Virus record (IMG/VR): IMGVR_UViG_3300050821_002963
Location: 32,001 to 96,000 of that record
DNA length: 64,000 bases
Source: a virus
Direction: 5' to 3' (one strand)
The notes under the pieces were generated by a model. That model worked only from the letters and a program-made list of their open reading frames with translations, was not told the DNA's origin and did not search any database. The position numbers were made by a program, and so were the translations under genes. Each line of letters begins with the position of its first letter. Positions within the stretch are counted from its first letter, which is position 1. Of the stretch, positions 1 to 7,517 are shown in pieces.

Positions 1-3
1 GCG

Positions 4-198
4 ATGAGCATGGGCAAGGGAGAGTGGGGAGATAACTCGGTCTTCCTTTGGGTGGCTGCACACAGATACGATAAGCAGTATGTCGGGGCTCACGTTATCA
101 CGGACTACGACCGGGGCATATTCTACGACAGAGACGAGACTTTGAAAAGGGAGAAAATAGAACGTGCGAAAGCAACAGCGGCAGCAACGAAACCCTAA
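4..198 (+). CDS. hypothetical protein (probably truncated at the window edge)
   Basis: ORF track; same strand as all neighbours; no recognisable motif. Confidence 0.4.
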   Translation: MSMGKGEWGDNSVFLWVAAHRYDKQYVGAHVITDYDRGIFYDRDETLKREKIERAKATAAATKP

Positions 199-745
199 AA
201 TCGGTTACCATCATACGTCTTGGGAATGTTGGAAGCAGATACAGAAGGCTGGGGCTATCCTTCCTTATCGGCACATGAGACACGAACAGGAATTGGTAGA
301 CTCTGGATTCAAGCCACCAGTTCTGGGGGTTTGGATTTGGACTGAGCCTATGGATTTGGCTTCGGAATACGCCAACGTGTTTTGGCACGTGTGTACTAAA
401 AGGACGAAGAGAGTCGTGATACTACAGGTCGAGTGGTACGAGAGTGAGAGGTTGCTGACAGGGGATGGGAGAAACTATGTTTCCCTCTATCACAGAATCA
501 CGTGGGACAATGTGGTGGAGTTTCACGAGAACTCGATAGCGACCATCCTCGGTAGTCCGATACCACTGGCTGGAATAAAACTACTAAGGGAGTACGACTT
601 TTCAGATCATGTGAGGATAGTCCATGACTTTAATCGTTCCTACGGCGTACAGGCGCCTTTACTACCGGGAAAGGAAACAGAACATTTGCCTGAGGTGTTT
701 CAAGCCAGCCACAGTCGGCTTGAGATGCGACAAGTGCAGGGCTGA
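164..745 (+). CDS. hypothetical phage protein
   Basis: 193-aa ORF; YHHT...GVWIW could hint at an ART-like fold but this is not supportable by eye. Confidence 0.55.
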   Translation: MRKQQRQQRNPKIGYHHTSWECWKQIQKAGAILPYRHMRHEQELVDSGFKPPVLGVWIWTEPMDLASEYANVFWHVCTKRTKRVVILQVEWYESERLLTGDGRNYVSLYHRITWDNVVEFHENSIATILGSPIPLAGIKLLREYDFSDHVRIVHDFNRSYGVQAPLLPGKETEHLPEVFQASHSRLEMRQVQG

Positions 746-775
746 AAGAAAACAACAGAACGTTGGGAGGAAGAG

Positions 776-934
776 ATGAGAGTAAAAGTAGGAACTCATA
801 CGGTGACTGGTGGAGATATATGGGGTAGAGCAGCAGGCATCTTGGAAATGTTGAGAAACCGCGGTGATAAAATACTAGCTGTGGTATGTTGCGAGATGAC
901 GCTGGTGATTTATCACGAGTATGAGGAGAAGTAG
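776..934 (+). CDS. small hypothetical protein (52 aa)
   Basis: Read by hand: GGAGG SD, ATG 776, TAG 932-934 abutting the next ATG. Confidence 0.5.
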   Translation: MRVKVGTHTVTGGDIWGRAAGILEMLRNRGDKILAVVCCEMTLVIYHEYEEK

Positions 935-1108
935 ATGAACAACGATTACGCAGAAGATGCGGAAGAGATACTGGACACTGCTATCCAGAAGGTGCCAGAG
1001 GATGCCACGGAAGTGGACATCCATGTTACGTGGAAGACTCTGGAGAGCGATAACCTAGAATCGGAGTACGTGCCGGATGTAACGGTGAAATGGAAGAGGG
1101 GAGTATGA
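935..1108 (+). CDS. small acidic hypothetical protein (57 aa)
   Basis: Read by hand: GAGGAG SD, ATG 935, TGA 1106-1108. Confidence 0.55.
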   Translation: MNNDYAEDAEEILDTAIQKVPEDATEVDIHVTWKTLESDNLESEYVPDVTVKWKRGV

Positions 1109-1109
1109 G

Positions 1110-1226
1110 GTGTTTGACTTCTTCGATATCCTCTCCCAGCACGGGATTGAGGTAAAGGAAAGTTACGGCTCGGAAGACGAGTTCAGAATCAATTGTCTGT
1201 TCTGCACGGACATGGGAGTTAGTTAG
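1110..1226 (+). pseudogene. stranded 38-codon duplicate of the primase N-terminus
   Basis: GTG-started MFDFFDILSQHGIEVKESYGSEDEFRINCLFCTDMGVS* aligns without gaps to the primase start MFNFFELLSQKGIDIRENASSQDEYRICCLFCVDMG (22 of 36 identical, counted by hand). Confidence 0.9.
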
Positions 1227-1709
1227 ATGAAAGAAAAGTGGAGGCCAGTTTGCGGGGGAAAGTATCAGATATCTGACTCGGGAAGATTTCGTAATGCTAG
1301 AACAATGCAGCTACTGAAAATTGGTCATGGAGCTACAGGCGGTTATGCGACAGTTGTGTTTTATGATGAACAGGCTCGTCAAGTTACAAAAAGAGTACAT
1401 CGTTTGGTAGCAGCAGCCTTTCTCGGTCCTTGTCCAGTTGGTATGGAAGTGAATCACAAGGATACGAATAAAAGAAACAATTGTTTGGACAACTTAGAGT
1501 ACGTGACCTCGAAAAGGAATCATGCACACGCTAGGAGTAGAGGATTGTGGTCCTCTTGTAGAAATCGCTATTATCTTACTCCAGAATTGGTTTTGAGAAT
1601 TAGAAAGGAAGCAGCAACAAGGACTTGTGCTGACGTTGGAAAAGAATTTGGCCTAGCCCCTCAGACAGTTTCGAATATTAGAAACTACAGAGTTTGGAAA
1701 AATGTTTAA
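1227..1709 (+). mobile_element. free-standing NUMOD4-HNH homing endonuclease with C-terminal HTH
   Basis: EKWRPV..YQISDSGR (NUMOD4), VHRLVAAAFLG..EVNHKDTNKRNNCLDNLEY (HNH), C-terminal HTH-like helices. Confidence 0.9.
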
Positions 1710-2652
1710 CTTTTTTGAGCTGCTAAGCCAGAAGGGCATAGACATTAGGGAGAATGCCTCTAGCCAGGATGAGTATCGTATATGCTGTTTATTTTGTGTT
1801 GATATGGGCTACACACCTGATTTTAAGTTCAGACTTGGGTTCAACGTTCAATCTGGATTGGGGCATTGTTTTAACTGCGGTTGGTCTTCTAGAAAAGTAA
1901 TCATAGAGATTCTGAAAAAGCTGGGAGAAGGATACCAGGAAGTAACGACGGAGAACTACACCAAGCAGACTAGGAAAAGACCGGAGCCAGTTAAGTTACC
2001 AGAAGGATTTGAGCTATTAGCAGACACGGATGAAGACGACCCAATGTTCGGGGAAGCAAGGCGGTATGTGGCAAAGAGGGGAATTACCGAGAATCAGCTG
2101 AAAAAACACCTAATAGGAGCGACGGTAGCCGACTATCGTTACAAGAACAGTATCATCTTCCCCGTACCAATGGCGGATGGGAAGCTGGCTGGTATCGTGT
2201 CGAGAGACTACACGGGAAAGCGGGACCCAAAGTATTTGAACTCCATTGGTACGAAAGTAATCTATAACGTGTTTGGGGACTACTCGGAAGTGGCTGTGAT
2301 TCTCTCGGAAGGGATTACGAAGGCACTGGCCATAGAGAGGGCGGTAGGAGAGGGCATATGCTCTGGTGCGACTCTTGGCCACTCCATAACGGACACGCAG
2401 ATAGAAGGGTTGAAGAAATTCCGGGAAGTAATCCTTTTTCCAGACCCAGACTACGCCGGGCTGGTTGGGTTTATTGGCGTGGCGGCGAATCTGAGACCAG
2501 TGGTGAGGAAAGTAACAATGGCGTGGCCATGGCCACAGAGACAGGCAGACGACTTATCGGTAAAAGAAATCAGAGAGCACCTGAGAAATAGAAAAGAGTT
2601 TACCCCAGCGGTGCAGTTGCGGTTGAAGATGGAGTTGAGAGGTAGGGGATGA
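1702..2652 (+). CDS. DnaG-type DNA primase (Zn finger + TOPRIM)
   Basis: CLFC...HCFNC zinc finger; IIFPV..GIVSR..PKYLNS; TOPRIM ILSEG...LFPDPDYAG. Confidence 0.88.
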   Translation: MFNFFELLSQKGIDIRENASSQDEYRICCLFCVDMGYTPDFKFRLGFNVQSGLGHCFNCGWSSRKVIIEILKKLGEGYQEVTTENYTKQTRKRPEPVKLPEGFELLADTDEDDPMFGEARRYVAKRGITENQLKKHLIGATVADYRYKNSIIFPVPMADGKLAGIVSRDYTGKRDPKYLNSIGTKVIYNVFGDYSEVAVILSEGITKALAIERAVGEGICSGATLGHSITDTQIEGLKKFREVILFPDPDYAGLVGFIGVAANLRPVVRKVTMAWPWPQRQADDLSVKEIREHLRNRKEFTPAVQLRLKMELRGRG

Positions 2653-2813
2653 GTCAGAGTAAATGTTGGCAATGTCATCGGGAAGTTTCGACAACGTGCG
2701 ATTGTTGCGACAAGGCACTTTGTGATTACTGCTACGACCAAGGACAGGGCAAGTGCGACTACTGTGTAGAGAACTGTGACCAGAGGCACAACGATTGCAG
2801 GACGAAAGAATAA
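2649..2813 (+). CDS. small Cys-rich putative zinc-finger protein (54 aa)
   Basis: Read by hand: MSQSKCWQCHREVSTTCDCCDKALCDYC...KCDYC; ATGA overlap with the primase stop. Confidence 0.6.
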   Translation: MSQSKCWQCHREVSTTCDCCDKALCDYCYDQGQGKCDYCVENCDQRHNDCRTKE

Positions 2814-2815
2814 AA

Positions 2816-3706
2816 ATGGCGGAAGTAATCCTAGTGGACGGGAAAATGATGGGCTTCCGGGCTCACTATTCTCATCTGGCTCTAAGAACGAGGCAGGGAG
2901 AATCTTCTGGGATGCTGCACGGGTTTCTGGTGGAGTTGATGCAGATAAACAAGACCAAGCCAGAAGCCAAGATTGTGGTCTGCTGGGACGGACCGGGGAA
3001 GAATTGGCGGCATGGGGCGTTTCCAGCGTACAAGGCGAACAGAACCCATAACGCGGAATACAAGAATCTCATCTCCCAGTCGGAAATTCTTTTACACGCT
3101 TTGCAAGATTTGGGATTGAAGGTGGCGGTCGTTGCGGGTGTGGAAGCGGACGATATGTTGGGGGTGCTTTCCACTAGGCTTTCGGAAAAGAATGACGTGC
3201 TGGTGTACTCATCGGATAGGGATATGTACCAGTTAGCTGGGCCACGAGTAAAGGTGTGGCCTGGATACAAAAGTAATCCGATGGGTACTCAGGAGATAGA
3301 AAAGTGGTTGGGGGCTCCGTTCAGCTCGCTCATGGAAATCAGGGCCATGGCTGGTGATGCTGGTGATAACCTGAAGGGTTTACCGCGAGTTGGGTACAAG
3401 ACGGCGGTAAAATTGTGGAAAGGGGGTACGACGCTCAAGTCCTCTTCGCATGGCTTCGCACAAGAGGACTGGAACAGAATGCTAAAGGAACACAAATTGG
3501 CGTTAATAATCAGGGACGAGAATGCTCCATGCTGGACAGACGTGCAACGATTAAAACTCGGACAGTTGGTGCACGCGATTGTGAGACAGCCGGGTCGAGA
3601 TATGGTTTTGGCAGAGGAAAGGAAGCGGAAATTCTACGAGTTTCTGGGACGTTATGAACTCGAAGAAATCTTTCGCTCCCGAGCGAAACTTTATGCCATT
3701 CCATAA
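2816..3706 (+). CDS. 5'-3' exonuclease / flap endonuclease (Pol I N-terminal-like, T4 RNase H-like)
   Basis: ILVDG, VVCWDG..WRH...YKANR, VEADD, SSDRDMYQL, GDAGDNLKGLPRVGYKTA (H3TH). Confidence 0.92.
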   Translation: MAEVILVDGKMMGFRAHYSHLALRTRQGESSGMLHGFLVELMQINKTKPEAKIVVCWDGPGKNWRHGAFPAYKANRTHNAEYKNLISQSEILLHALQDLGLKVAVVAGVEADDMLGVLSTRLSEKNDVLVYSSDRDMYQLAGPRVKVWPGYKSNPMGTQEIEKWLGAPFSSLMEIRAMAGDAGDNLKGLPRVGYKTAVKLWKGGTTLKSSSHGFAQEDWNRMLKEHKLALIIRDENAPCWTDVQRLKLGQLVHAIVRQPGRDMVLAEERKRKFYEFLGRYELEEIFRSRAKLYAIP

Positions 3707-3735
3707 TTGACATTAGATAAATGACATACTAAAAT
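3707..3735 (+). promoter_or_regulatory. sigma70-type promoter upstream of the sigma-like gene
   Basis: TTGACA (3707-3712), 17-nt spacer, TAAAAT (3730-3735) in an intergenic gap. Confidence 0.75.
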
Positions 3736-3786
3736 CGGGCTACGTTGTTTCTCTCAAACAAATCAAATTACGGGAGTCGCGTCTCT

Positions 3787-4341
3787 ATGAGAAAGACAAA
3801 AGAGCAAAGGACGGTTGAATTGGTCGGGCAGTACCGGGGCCTGGCCATGAAGCTTGCGTGGGACTATTGGAAGCGGTTACCAGCAGCCACGAAGATGTGG
3901 GTGGACCCGGATGACCTGATAGCAGAGGCCATCTGTCATATCGTGACGTTCGTGTTGAACGATTACGATAAGAAGCGGGCGAGCCTGAGTACATTTATGT
4001 ATTGCAGTACGAATGGACATCTCATGAACTTCGCGTTGGCCCAGACCGCGGCCAAGAGATATGGATTCCGGGCGGACTTGGAAGACGCGTGGGGAGTGGG
4101 AGTCAAGGAGTCAAAATTCCAGTTGGTGGATGCCCTGAATGCTTTCGAGGCGGTTTACGGTCAGGCTTCGGAAGGATTGCAGGACGAGATTTGTCAATGG
4201 TTTGGCGTGGATAGAAAAGCCCCGAGACGGTCTGCGGAAGGGAAAGAGTTGATTCGGGAGTTCGGTCATCTGGCTTACCAGAACAGACTCTCTGAATCGG
4301 ATTGTCGGCTCTTATTGCGGAGCGGAGTATGGGTTCCATAG
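3787..4341 (+). CDS. phage sigma-70-like factor (region 2)
   Basis: LAMKLAWDY...DPDDLIAEA...YDKKRASLSTFMY...NGHLMNF resembles sigma region 2; ATG 3787 with GGGAG SD. Confidence 0.65.
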   Translation: MRKTKEQRTVELVGQYRGLAMKLAWDYWKRLPAATKMWVDPDDLIAEAICHIVTFVLNDYDKKRASLSTFMYCSTNGHLMNFALAQTAAKRYGFRADLEDAWGVGVKESKFQLVDALNAFEAVYGQASEGLQDEICQWFGVDRKAPRRSAEGKELIREFGHLAYQNRLSESDCRLLLRSGVWVP

Positions 4342-4601
4342 AAGACAAGCAGCTGCTGTGGTGTCTCCTTTGTAGCAACCGGTTCACGGTCCGGGACGCA
4401 GAGGAGGGAAGATATCGGGGAGGGACCGGTATCTGCATGGAGTGCTATACCAGCATGGCGAAAAGTACAAAGACTTGTTTCGGGAAACAATCAGGCGAAG
4501 GCTTGGCGGGGTATGACGAGTCAGCGGAGGAGTGCCTCCGGTTCTGTCCGGACCGGAAAGTCTGTAAAGAGTTCGTCACCATTCAAAAAAGGCTCGGTTA
4601 G
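4329..4601 (+). CDS. Cys-rich putative zinc-binding protein
   Basis: CLLC, CMEC, CFG...ECLRFCPDRKVC. Confidence 0.55.
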   Translation: MGSIEDKQLLWCLLCSNRFTVRDAEEGRYRGGTGICMECYTSMAKSTKTCFGKQSGEGLAGYDESAEECLRFCPDRKVCKEFVTIQKRLG

Positions 4602-4764
4602 GGAGAAAGCGTTCCACTTTCTACAGAAAGACAGGACGTTACCAGAGCTACGTACGTTCATCCGAAAGCTGGGGGCATCACCCCAGGACCTCCTGAGGTA
4701 CCTGAGGAAGTACGAGTTAATCATGGAGTTTCAAGAGAAAGTAACCTGGAAGTATCATGCCTGA
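4513..4764 (+). CDS. small basic hypothetical protein (possible winged helix)
   Basis: PFKKGSVREKAF...; fills the gap and overlaps the next gene start. Confidence 0.5.
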   Translation: MTSQRRSASGSVRTGKSVKSSSPFKKGSVREKAFHFLQKDRTLPELRTFIRKLGASPQDLLRYLRKYELIMEFQEKVTWKYHA

Positions 4765-5770
4765 GAAGAAAAAAGAGAATAAGCTGGTTCTGGCAAACGG
4801 GCCTGTGCCAAAAGTCGTGCCTCAGTCGGACGAGACCCCGATTGTGTATTTGTCCCATTCGATTGTGCATACCAAAGAACTGGAAAGAGAATTTCTGGAT
4901 TGCACGGGTGTGAGATACAGGTGCTGCTCATTTGTGTATCTGCACCCGGAAGCAATCTACTGGACTCCTAGAGCGTGGGAAGGCTACGAAGTAAATGTGG
5001 AACGGGGCAACCATATCATGATGGATTCGGGTGCGTTCTCGTTCCACACCTTTCTATTCAAGAACAAGAACATTCCTAATGTCAACCAACTCAGGGATAA
5101 GACGATAGAGCTGTACGTGGAGTTCTGTAAAAAGAGACAGAAGGAATGGGACTTCTATGTGACGTTCGACTACGTTAGAGAGGTGGAAGTGGTATGGAGG
5201 ATTACGAAAGAGTTGGAGGCCCATGGTATACGCCCAGCTCCGGTATATCACGGGGACAAGTCATTAGATTGGATGCGACGGTATCTGGATGCCGGTTACA
5301 AGAGAATTGGTATATCGTCTTTGCTGGGAGTGCGGTCGAAGCACACCACTTTGAGATTTTACCTGGACAGGTTATTCAAATTGGTGGAACCTTACAAAGT
5401 AAAGCTGCACGGATTTGCCATGACTTCTCTGTCAACGATGTATGCCTATCCTTGGCACAGTGTGGACTCGAGCAGTTGGAGCCGAACGTCTTCCTACGGT
5501 TGCATTTACCTAGTGGACGAAGGCCGAAACTCTTTACGCTCGATACACGTGTCTTTAGAAAATTCTACGAATACGAATTCGGTTTCCAAACTATCAAAGG
5601 AGAGCCAGAAGTCAGTCCGGGATTATGTGGAGGGCAAAGGCTTCGACTTCGACTTGCTAAGACGGTCGGTGACCTACAGACACATCTTTAACGGTTGGTT
5701 GTTCTCGCACTTAGGGAGTTTCAAAAAACAGATACAGGATACGCACGTAAAGTGGGGGACACTTCTATGA
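4757..5770 (+). CDS. DpdA/TGT-like 7-deazaguanine DNA transglycosylase (putative)
   Basis: MMDSGAFSF, YVTFD, PVYHG, LHGFA, SVDSSSW motifs of the TGT-fold family; translationally coupled to folE. Confidence 0.72.
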   Translation: MPEKKKENKLVLANGPVPKVVPQSDETPIVYLSHSIVHTKELEREFLDCTGVRYRCCSFVYLHPEAIYWTPRAWEGYEVNVERGNHIMMDSGAFSFHTFLFKNKNIPNVNQLRDKTIELYVEFCKKRQKEWDFYVTFDYVREVEVVWRITKELEAHGIRPAPVYHGDKSLDWMRRYLDAGYKRIGISSLLGVRSKHTTLRFYLDRLFKLVEPYKVKLHGFAMTSLSTMYAYPWHSVDSSSWSRTSSYGCIYLVDEGRNSLRSIHVSLENSTNTNSVSKLSKESQKSVRDYVEGKGFDFDLLRRSVTYRHIFNGWLFSHLGSFKKQIQDTHVKWGTLL

Positions 5771-6423
5771 GTAGTCTGATTATGCCGGTAACGACAACGG
5801 TCAAGATACCGGGACTTTCCAAAAAGGCTTTTGAACAGGACGTGGAGTTGGCGATGACGAATATCCTGCTATCACTGGAGAAGAATTCTGGAAAGAAGAT
5901 AGTAGGAGATGGGAACTTTTCTGCTACTCCGTCTAGGGTTGGAAGAGCGTATGTAGAATTGCTGGACGGAATGTTTCATGAAAATGGGGTGAAAGAAATT
6001 CTGGCTACGACGTTTCCAGCGAAAGGCGACGAGATGGTAACCGTTGGACCAGTAGACACGTGGTCAGTATGTGCCCATCATTTCTTACCAGTGCATCTGC
6101 ATGTATGGCTAGCATATATTCCAAGAAAGAAAGTGCTGGGGCTTTCTAAGTTGGCACGGTTGGCAGAGCTATTGGCTAAGCGGCCTGGATTACAGGAGGA
6201 TGTGACATTCGATATTGCTAAAACACTTTATGATGGGTTGAAACCATTGGGGGCAGCTTGTCTTATCAGAGGTAGACATCTCTGTATGGAGATGAGAGGT
6301 GTTAAGAAATCTTCGGTGACTACGACTACATCTTTACAAGGAGCTTTTAAGAAGAATGCTGCGGCCAAGTCTGAGTTCCTAGAAGCAGTCAGAGCAGACA
6401 TGGCAGATAATGGGAGATGGTGA
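5767..6423 (+). CDS. folE: GTP cyclohydrolase I
   Basis: TPSRV, SVCAHHFLP, GLSKLAR, LQE, HLCMEMRGV motifs. Confidence 0.95.
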   Translation: MSSLIMPVTTTVKIPGLSKKAFEQDVELAMTNILLSLEKNSGKKIVGDGNFSATPSRVGRAYVELLDGMFHENGVKEILATTFPAKGDEMVTVGPVDTWSVCAHHFLPVHLHVWLAYIPRKKVLGLSKLARLAELLAKRPGLQEDVTFDIAKTLYDGLKPLGAACLIRGRHLCMEMRGVKKSSVTTTTSLQGAFKKNAAAKSEFLEAVRADMADNGRW

Positions 6424-7517
6424 TGAACTGGGCGGAGGTTGAGAAGCAACAGTTACTGGATGCGGCATCCATCCTAGAATTGGTGCCACAGAGAGCGGGA
6501 GTTCCTTCCTCAGATTTCGTTAGAGTAAGGCATGGGAAGAAGTATATTGAGATGTCTCTGTCCTCAGTAGTGAATGCTGTGGTCAGGGTAGCGGGCAAGA
6601 ACTTGGAAGAAGCGAAAGACTTCTTCGTGGATAGAAGGTTGCTGATACCTTTTATTCAGGTGGGTAAGGGATGGAAGGGAGATTTCAAATTAGGGCTGGA
6701 GGATAGCAAATGGCTATTGAAACAGGGCAGTCGAACAGCGGAATTGACAATGCGGATGGAGCCGCTGGGGGGATATGGCTCATGGAGGGAAAAGGCTGGG
6801 TTGAAGGAAGTGAAGCTATCGGAAGAGTTGAGGAAGCTATTGCTCGTCTCGCAAGGGTGTGCGACGGCAGACCCATCGCTGCCTTTTCTCAACTGCGTGT
6901 ATATCGGGGAGAAGCTGGTGCTAGCCACCAATGGAACCTTAATGTTTGTTGGTTTGAGGCAGAAACAAGACAGCCTACGCTTCCCTTTTCCGATAGGAGT
7001 GATTCCACTAATAAGTGACAGTCTGGTTCAGGCGGTGGGCGTGGAAGGGGACCAGGTAATCCTGGATTGCGGAATAGGTTTCATCGAAGGCTCGGTCTCG
7101 GCCATCACGCGGAAAGACTTTCCAAAGAAAAGTATCGTCGAGAGGGCACAAGCAGCGAAGGCCTATCCAGTACTGACAAAGTTGCCGGCGGAGAGAGTAG
7201 CGAGGATGCTGGAAAGGTTATCTGGGTATCTGGCCAGTGTCAAGCGAGAAGACCTTATCCTCAGATTGGAAGTTGGGGGTGAGAAAGTAAAGGCTATCGT
7301 TAGGGTGCAGCAGGCGAAGTTTGAGGAGTCAATAGAGGTAGAAGACCTGAAAGGAGAAGGGACTTTGGACTTTCCTTTTGATCTTGTAAAACCTGTATTG
7401 GACTACATAGCTGAGCACGATGAAAAGATTACGATCCGGGTGGATGAGAAGAAGAAGTCTCCTTATCTGATTTCTGGGGCGAGTGTGGCACTGTTGGTGG
7501 CTAGAAGGGAAAAGTAA
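6423..7517 (+). CDS. DNA sliding clamp, DnaN/beta-like
   Basis: ~365 aa; ATADPSLPFLNCVYI..VLATNG resembles the beta-clamp domain II motif; sits directly upstream of the polymerase. Confidence 0.7.
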   Translation: MNWAEVEKQQLLDAASILELVPQRAGVPSSDFVRVRHGKKYIEMSLSSVVNAVVRVAGKNLEEAKDFFVDRRLLIPFIQVGKGWKGDFKLGLEDSKWLLKQGSRTAELTMRMEPLGGYGSWREKAGLKEVKLSEELRKLLLVSQGCATADPSLPFLNCVYIGEKLVLATNGTLMFVGLRQKQDSLRFPFPIGVIPLISDSLVQAVGVEGDQVILDCGIGFIEGSVSAITRKDFPKKSIVERAQAAKAYPVLTKLPAERVARMLERLSGYLASVKREDLILRLEVGGEKVKAIVRVQQAKFEESIEVEDLKGEGTLDFPFDLVKPVLDYIAEHDEKITIRVDEKKKSPYLISGASVALLVARREK

